Part shown: piece after piece, positions 60,654 through 64,000 of the stretch
How positions within the stretch are numbered: position 1 is the first letter of the stretch
Layout: every line of letters starts with the position of its first letter
Assembly: GCA_017937705.1 (NCBI GenBank)
Contig: JAGBDC010000006.1
Span: 30,422 to 94,421, forward strand
Source: Alphaproteobacteria bacterium
GTDB lineage: Bacteria > Pseudomonadota > Alphaproteobacteria > RF32 > CAG-239
Reading direction: 5' to 3'
DNA: 64,000 bases
Notes under the pieces: generated by a model
Seen by the model: the letters and a program-made list of their open reading frames with translations, nothing else
What the model was told of the DNA's origin: nothing
Database searches by the model: none
Made by a program: the position numbers and the translations under genes

Positions 60654-61095
60654 CTTTTATCATTTACAGAACAAACGACTTGAAGATGTTTTGCCCAAAC
60701 TTCTTGAAAAAGTTTATGCTATAAATAAAAGAGCTATTGTAAGAATAGGTAATAACGAACGAATAGAGTTTTTGAATAGTTTGCTTTGGACCTATGATGA
60801 ACAATCCTTTTTACCGCATGGAAGCAAAAAAGACGGAGCAGCAGAAATGCAGCCTATATGGCTAACTTCTGAAAACGACAATCCTAATAGAGCAGATTTT
60901 TTATTTTTAACCGATGGAGCAGAAGCAAATATTGAAGAAATTCAACAATATGAAAGAGTTTTTAATATATTTGACGGAAACTCAACTGAAAGTGTAGAAA
61001 AAGCTCGCATATTTTGGAGAGAACTTAAACAACAATCGGTTGATATATTCTATTGGCAACAAAATCAATCGGGAGCGTGGGAACAAAAAGGTTAA
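60640..61095 (+). CDS. holC: DNA polymerase III chi subunit
   Basis: VDFYHL...LLWTYDEQSFLPHG pattern of HolC. 14-nt overlap with degP. Confidence 0.75.
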   Translation: MSRVDFYHLQNKRLEDVLPKLLEKVYAINKRAIVRIGNNERIEFLNSLLWTYDEQSFLPHGSKKDGAAEMQPIWLTSENDNPNRADFLFLTDGAEANIEEIQQYERVFNIFDGNSTESVEKARIFWRELKQQSVDIFYWQQNQSGAWEQKG

Positions 61096-61099
61096 ACTA

Positions 61100-61744
61100 A
61101 TGAACGATGATTTTCTTAAAAAAAATAATCTGATAGAAATACAAAGCAATGAATTTTTCATTGTTGATATGATGTATGCAATACCCGATAATATTACACT
61201 GCATCCGGTGTATAAAGAGGTTGGTTTCGGAAACAATGCTTATGTTCATATTGATGTTGCAGATAAATTAAGCAAAATCGCAGAGGTTCTGCAAAGGTTA
61301 AATCTTAAAATGCGTATCAGAGATGCCTATCGCCCTCCTATTGCTCACCAACGTTGTATTGATTTGATGCCTGTTAAGGGAGTTTTTGCATCTAAACCGG
61401 AAAATTCATTACATTGCTACGGTATTGCCATCGACTGTTGCCTGACCGATATGAAAGGAAATAATTTAAGATTTCCGACAGAAATTGATGCTTATGATAA
61501 AAAATATGCACGTCAAGTTGCTTTTGGCAAAACAGACGAATACTACAAACATTTTGAAAAGGCCTCGATTAATTTTTATAGTCCTAATTTATTTGAAGAA
61601 ATAAAAAATCGAGAGTTATTACAAAAAATCATGCACGATTACGGTTTTGAGAGTATAACGTCCGAATGGTGGCATTTTCAACTGCCAAACGGCAAAGAAA
61701 AATATAAATTAATTGAGTGGAACAGTGAGAAGGAAACTAAATGA
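61100..61744 (+). CDS. ddpX: D-alanyl-D-alanine dipeptidase (peptidase M15D, VanX/DdpX-like)
   Basis: SLHCYGIAIDC (HxxGxAxD) and SEWWHF motifs. ATG 61100 (MNDDFL...) is preferred over 61040. Confidence 0.7.
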   Translation: MNDDFLKKNNLIEIQSNEFFIVDMMYAIPDNITLHPVYKEVGFGNNAYVHIDVADKLSKIAEVLQRLNLKMRIRDAYRPPIAHQRCIDLMPVKGVFASKPENSLHCYGIAIDCCLTDMKGNNLRFPTEIDAYDKKYARQVAFGKTDEYYKHFEKASINFYSPNLFEEIKNRELLQKIMHDYGFESITSEWWHFQLPNGKEKYKLIEWNSEKETK

Positions 61745-62187
61745 TAGTACAAATTTTGCTTATTGCTTTATTAGTTGCTTCCATTTTTTGGGTAGATAAT
61801 TCAAAAATATATAAAACGCTGTTCATTGTTATGAATCTTCTGTTACTGACGCTGATTTATAATACTTTTATTATATACACAGCTGATTTTGAACAATCAC
61901 CATGGCATGAAAACGGTAAAATTTCATATATGGCTGTCGTACTTGAAGTTTTATGGCTACTATGTATAAACGTTATTTTTGCCCTTCTAAGAAAAAAAAT
62001 ATATATAAGTGCTGATTTATTATTTATTCCATTTTTAGCGGCTCTTGTAATGGGGGGATATTTAATATTTTATCTAAATCCGCCCTACTGGCTTTGTGTC
62101 AGTGGAGCAGTCACAAGTTTGGTGCTTTTTATTAGTATCTTGTTTTTATTTGTCAAAAACTTCGATAAAACGATAAGAGGAAAATAA
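61741..62187 (+). CDS. hypothetical polytopic membrane protein
   Basis: ATGA overlap with the upstream gene. Four hydrophobic segments and no motif. Confidence 0.55.
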   Translation: MIVQILLIALLVASIFWVDNSKIYKTLFIVMNLLLLTLIYNTFIIYTADFEQSPWHENGKISYMAVVLEVLWLLCINVIFALLRKKIYISADLLFIPFLAALVMGGYLIFYLNPPYWLCVSGAVTSLVLFISILFLFVKNFDKTIRGK

Positions 62188-62189
62188 AG

Positions 62190-62225
62190 AAAAATCCCGT
62201 GGCTTAAACAGGCGACGGGATTTTA
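62190..62225. terminator. bidirectional intrinsic terminator
   Basis: ATCCCGT ... ACGGGAT stem with A and T runs, between convergent genes. Confidence 0.6.
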
Positions 62226-62240
62226 GCAAAGTTTTGCAGT

Positions 62241-62654
62241 TTAAAGTTCTATAAAACCACCTTCTTTTTCGTAGATAACAAGCTTTTTGCTTTTGTAGAC
62301 TTTTTCATTCTTTTTAAACTTGTTTGATTTGAAATAAGTAAGAATGAGAAACAAAATGCTGAGTATAGCACCTCCAATCCAAAAACCGATGAATGAATCG
62401 GGAGAAAAGGTAAAGCAAATAAGCCCTATTGCCATATACACAACCAAACCTATACAGAAAACACAGCATTGTCTGAGATAATTCTGCATATCTTTTTGAT
62501 TGGTAATAAACGACATAGCTTCTTTTTCTGAAGGACTAAAGATTACACTGTCATTATAAACAGTTTGAATGTGAAGCCCTGCTTGTTTTGGGGTGTTGTT
62601 GAACTTAATCTGAAAAGCTGCTACGGCATTGTCAATTAAACTTTGTTTTTCCAT
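62241..62654 (-). CDS. hypothetical membrane protein
   Basis: 137-aa ORF with two central hydrophobic helices. No motif. Confidence 0.5.
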   Translation of the reverse strand: MEKQSLIDNAVAAFQIKFNNTPKQAGLHIQTVYNDSVIFSPSEKEAMSFITNQKDMQNYLRQCCVFCIGLVVYMAIGLICFTFSPDSFIGFWIGGAILSILFLILTYFKSNKFKKNEKVYKSKKLVIYEKEGGFIEL

Positions 62655-62778
62655 AAGCTGCGAGAATTTAATTAAATTAATAATAAAAATTAAGAACGCA
62701 AGATTATCATATTTTTATATTAATACAAGTTATTTTTTGCTTGCAATTTATCATTATGAGATATATAGAAGAGTTATT

Positions 62779-63257
62779 CGGGACGTAGTTCAGCTTGGGT
62801 TCTGCGCTTGCATGGGGCTGAAGTTATAAAAAGTCTTTAGTAAAGAGTTTTTACAACTTCAGAATAGAAATCGTTGCAGAGCTTGTGAATGACAGAGAAC
62901 AAAAGCTATGCTTATGATTTGTTTGACCGAAGCGAAGTTAGTTTTGCAATTAAATGCAAAACTTATGGAGCAAGACAAGAAGTTGCGACTTCTTGCTCTG
63001 ATTATTATAACGGAACTCGGGACGTAGTTCAGCTTGGGTTCTGCGCTTGCATGGGGCTGAAGTTATAAAAAGTCTTTAGTAAAGAGTTTTTACAACTTCA
63101 GAATAGAAATCGTTGCAGAGCTTGTGAACGTACAGAGAACAAAAGCGATGCTTATGATTTGTTTGACCGAAGCGAAGTTAGTTTTGCAATTAAATGCAAA
63201 ACTTATGGAGCAAGACAAGAAGTCGCGACTTCTTGTACTGATTATTATAACGGAACT
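62779..63257 (+). repeat. two tandem ~239-bp units, each starting with a degenerate 5' half of tRNA-Pro
   Basis: Units start at 62779 and 63018 and differ at only a handful of positions. Each begins CGGGACGTAGTTCAGCTTGGGTTCTGCGCTTGCATGGGG. Each also contains a 45-nt imperfect palindrome, a 7-bp hairpin and a 20-nt palindrome. Confidence 0.85.
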
Positions 63258-63334
63258 CGGGACGTAGTTCAGCCTGGTAGAGCGCTTGCATGGGGTGCAA
63301 GAAGTCGCTGGTTCGAATCCAGTCGTCCCGACCA
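63258..63334 (+). tRNA. tRNA-Pro (anticodon GGG), CCA encoded
   Basis: Acceptor CGGGACG/CGTCCCG, D-arm GTTC..GAGC, anticodon stem CTTGC/GCAAG with loop ATGGGGT (G37), T-arm GCTGG TTCGAAT CCAGT, and an ACCA end. Confidence 0.9.
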
Positions 63335-63346
63335 CAAAAATAACAA

Positions 63347-63372
63347 AAAGCCATCAGATTTGACGGCTTTTT
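63347..63372 (+). terminator. intrinsic terminator after tRNA-Pro
   Basis: AAAGCC.TCA GATT TGA.GGCTTT hairpin followed by a T-run. Confidence 0.6.
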
Positions 63373-63721
63373 GTGTTTGTAGATTGCGTGCAATAAGATG
63401 CGAACACGCGATACGCGGGTGCGTCGTTGAGTGTCAGCGAATGAGCGCGGTAGGTCGTGAGCAAACACAAAAGTGTTTGCGAAGGACAATCTCCTCGCCC
63501 CAATAACCCAAACCACAATGTCTTTGTCTTTTGAAATTCCGTAAATCCGCTTGATTTGTACTAAAACGCCTGAAACGCAATAGGAAAATGCTTCTCTTTC
63601 TAATACTTTTAATTTGCGATATATTTTCCTATAACTCGCAAAATTTTTCCGAAACGTGCCATATACCCTGCAATTATATACCAAATGCAAAACCGGATAC
63701 CTTTAAATTAATCATTGGTAT

Positions 63722-63988
63722 TTAACGGACCTTATGTCTGGTATCGCAACTATGAATATCTTCAAGCCAAATATTATTGTTTTTAAGGCAACTTTCCTTC
63801 GTTATTGTGCAAGGCTTACCATCTCCACAATCATTAAAGGTAAAACCTTCTTTACATATTCCGGTATCCATACAACCGTCTGTATCATAAGGATCAAGGA
63901 ATGAAGAAATTATATTGATGCTCATGCTTAGAATATATATTCCAGTTATAAGCCATGCTGTATAATAAAACAAATTGCCGATAATCAT
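63722..63988 (-). CDS. small membrane-anchored Cys-rich hypothetical protein
   Basis: N-terminal transmembrane helix (IIGNLFYYTAWLITGIYILSMSINIISSF) followed by a ~55-aa domain with 6 Cys. Confidence 0.45.
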   Translation of the reverse strand: MIIGNLFYYTAWLITGIYILSMSINIISSFLDPYDTDGCMDTGICKEGFTFNDCGDGKPCTITKESCLKNNNIWLEDIHSCDTRHKVR

Positions 63989-64000
63989 TTCAAGATACCG

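Noticed and set aside
62779-63257. Possible CRISPR array, or an intron-containing tRNA
   Set aside because: It is not CRISPR. The period is ~239 bp, the whole unit is repeated with no unique spacers, and no cas genes are present. It is not a group I intron-bearing tRNA either. The insert after the anticodon is only about 158 nt, and the units lack the T-arm and the 3' acceptor strand.
63090-63690. ORFs of 81, 115 and 166 aa covering the tRNA-Pro repeat array, the tRNA itself and the GC-rich patch
   Set aside because: They read through a tRNA gene and tandem repeats, have no RBS and show no recognisable protein motifs.
1-64000. Mobile genetic elements (IS, prophage, integrative element) and restriction or other classic defence genes
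   Set aside because: I could not recognise a transposase, integrase, recombinase, phage structural gene or terminal inverted repeats. The accessory patches are therefore reported as islands or insertions without a claimed mobility mechanism.

Overview
AT-rich bacterial chromosomal window using the standard genetic code. Most of it is housekeeping genes in an order typical of Alphaproteobacteria (an inference from synteny, not a database hit). These include recA; fabZ-lpxD-bamA-rseP-cdsA-uppS-frr-pyrH; plsY-dprA-topA; two MlaD-like genes plus a DUF2155-like gene; ssb; uvrA; gyrA; a TetR/adaptor/RND efflux operon; fabI; gatCAB; mrp; and hflK-hflC-degP-holC. There are two tRNAs, Ser(GCU) and Pro(GGG). 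I recognised no rRNA, CRISPR array, transposase or integrase. A HydE-type radical SAM maturase suggests an anaerobic lifestyle. The interesting content sits in small accessory patches between the core genes. (1) A tightly coupled minus-strand cassette between uvrA and gyrA: an unlisted 59-aa ORF, a zeta-toxin-family P-loop protein, a Cys-His-Asp transglutaminase-fold protein, and possibly a 51-aa ORF. (2) A single gene between gyrA and the efflux operon with strikingly foreign composition and codon usage. (3) Two large paralogous proteins (1514 aa and 725 aa) that share an unrecognised N-terminal region of about 350 aa, lack signal peptides, and carry internal hydrophobic, Pro-rich and Lys/Glu-rich segments. 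(4) A tandem array of ~239-bp repeats, each carrying a degenerate copy of the 5' half of tRNA-Pro, fused to the intact tRNA-Pro gene. (5) Two intergenic transcript units (353-535 and 5807-5995) with mutually exclusive terminator and anti-terminator pairings. (6) An unlisted 54-aa metallothionein-like ORF with 13 Cys that has its own promoter, RBS and terminator. All functional calls rest on motifs read by eye, and no searches were run.
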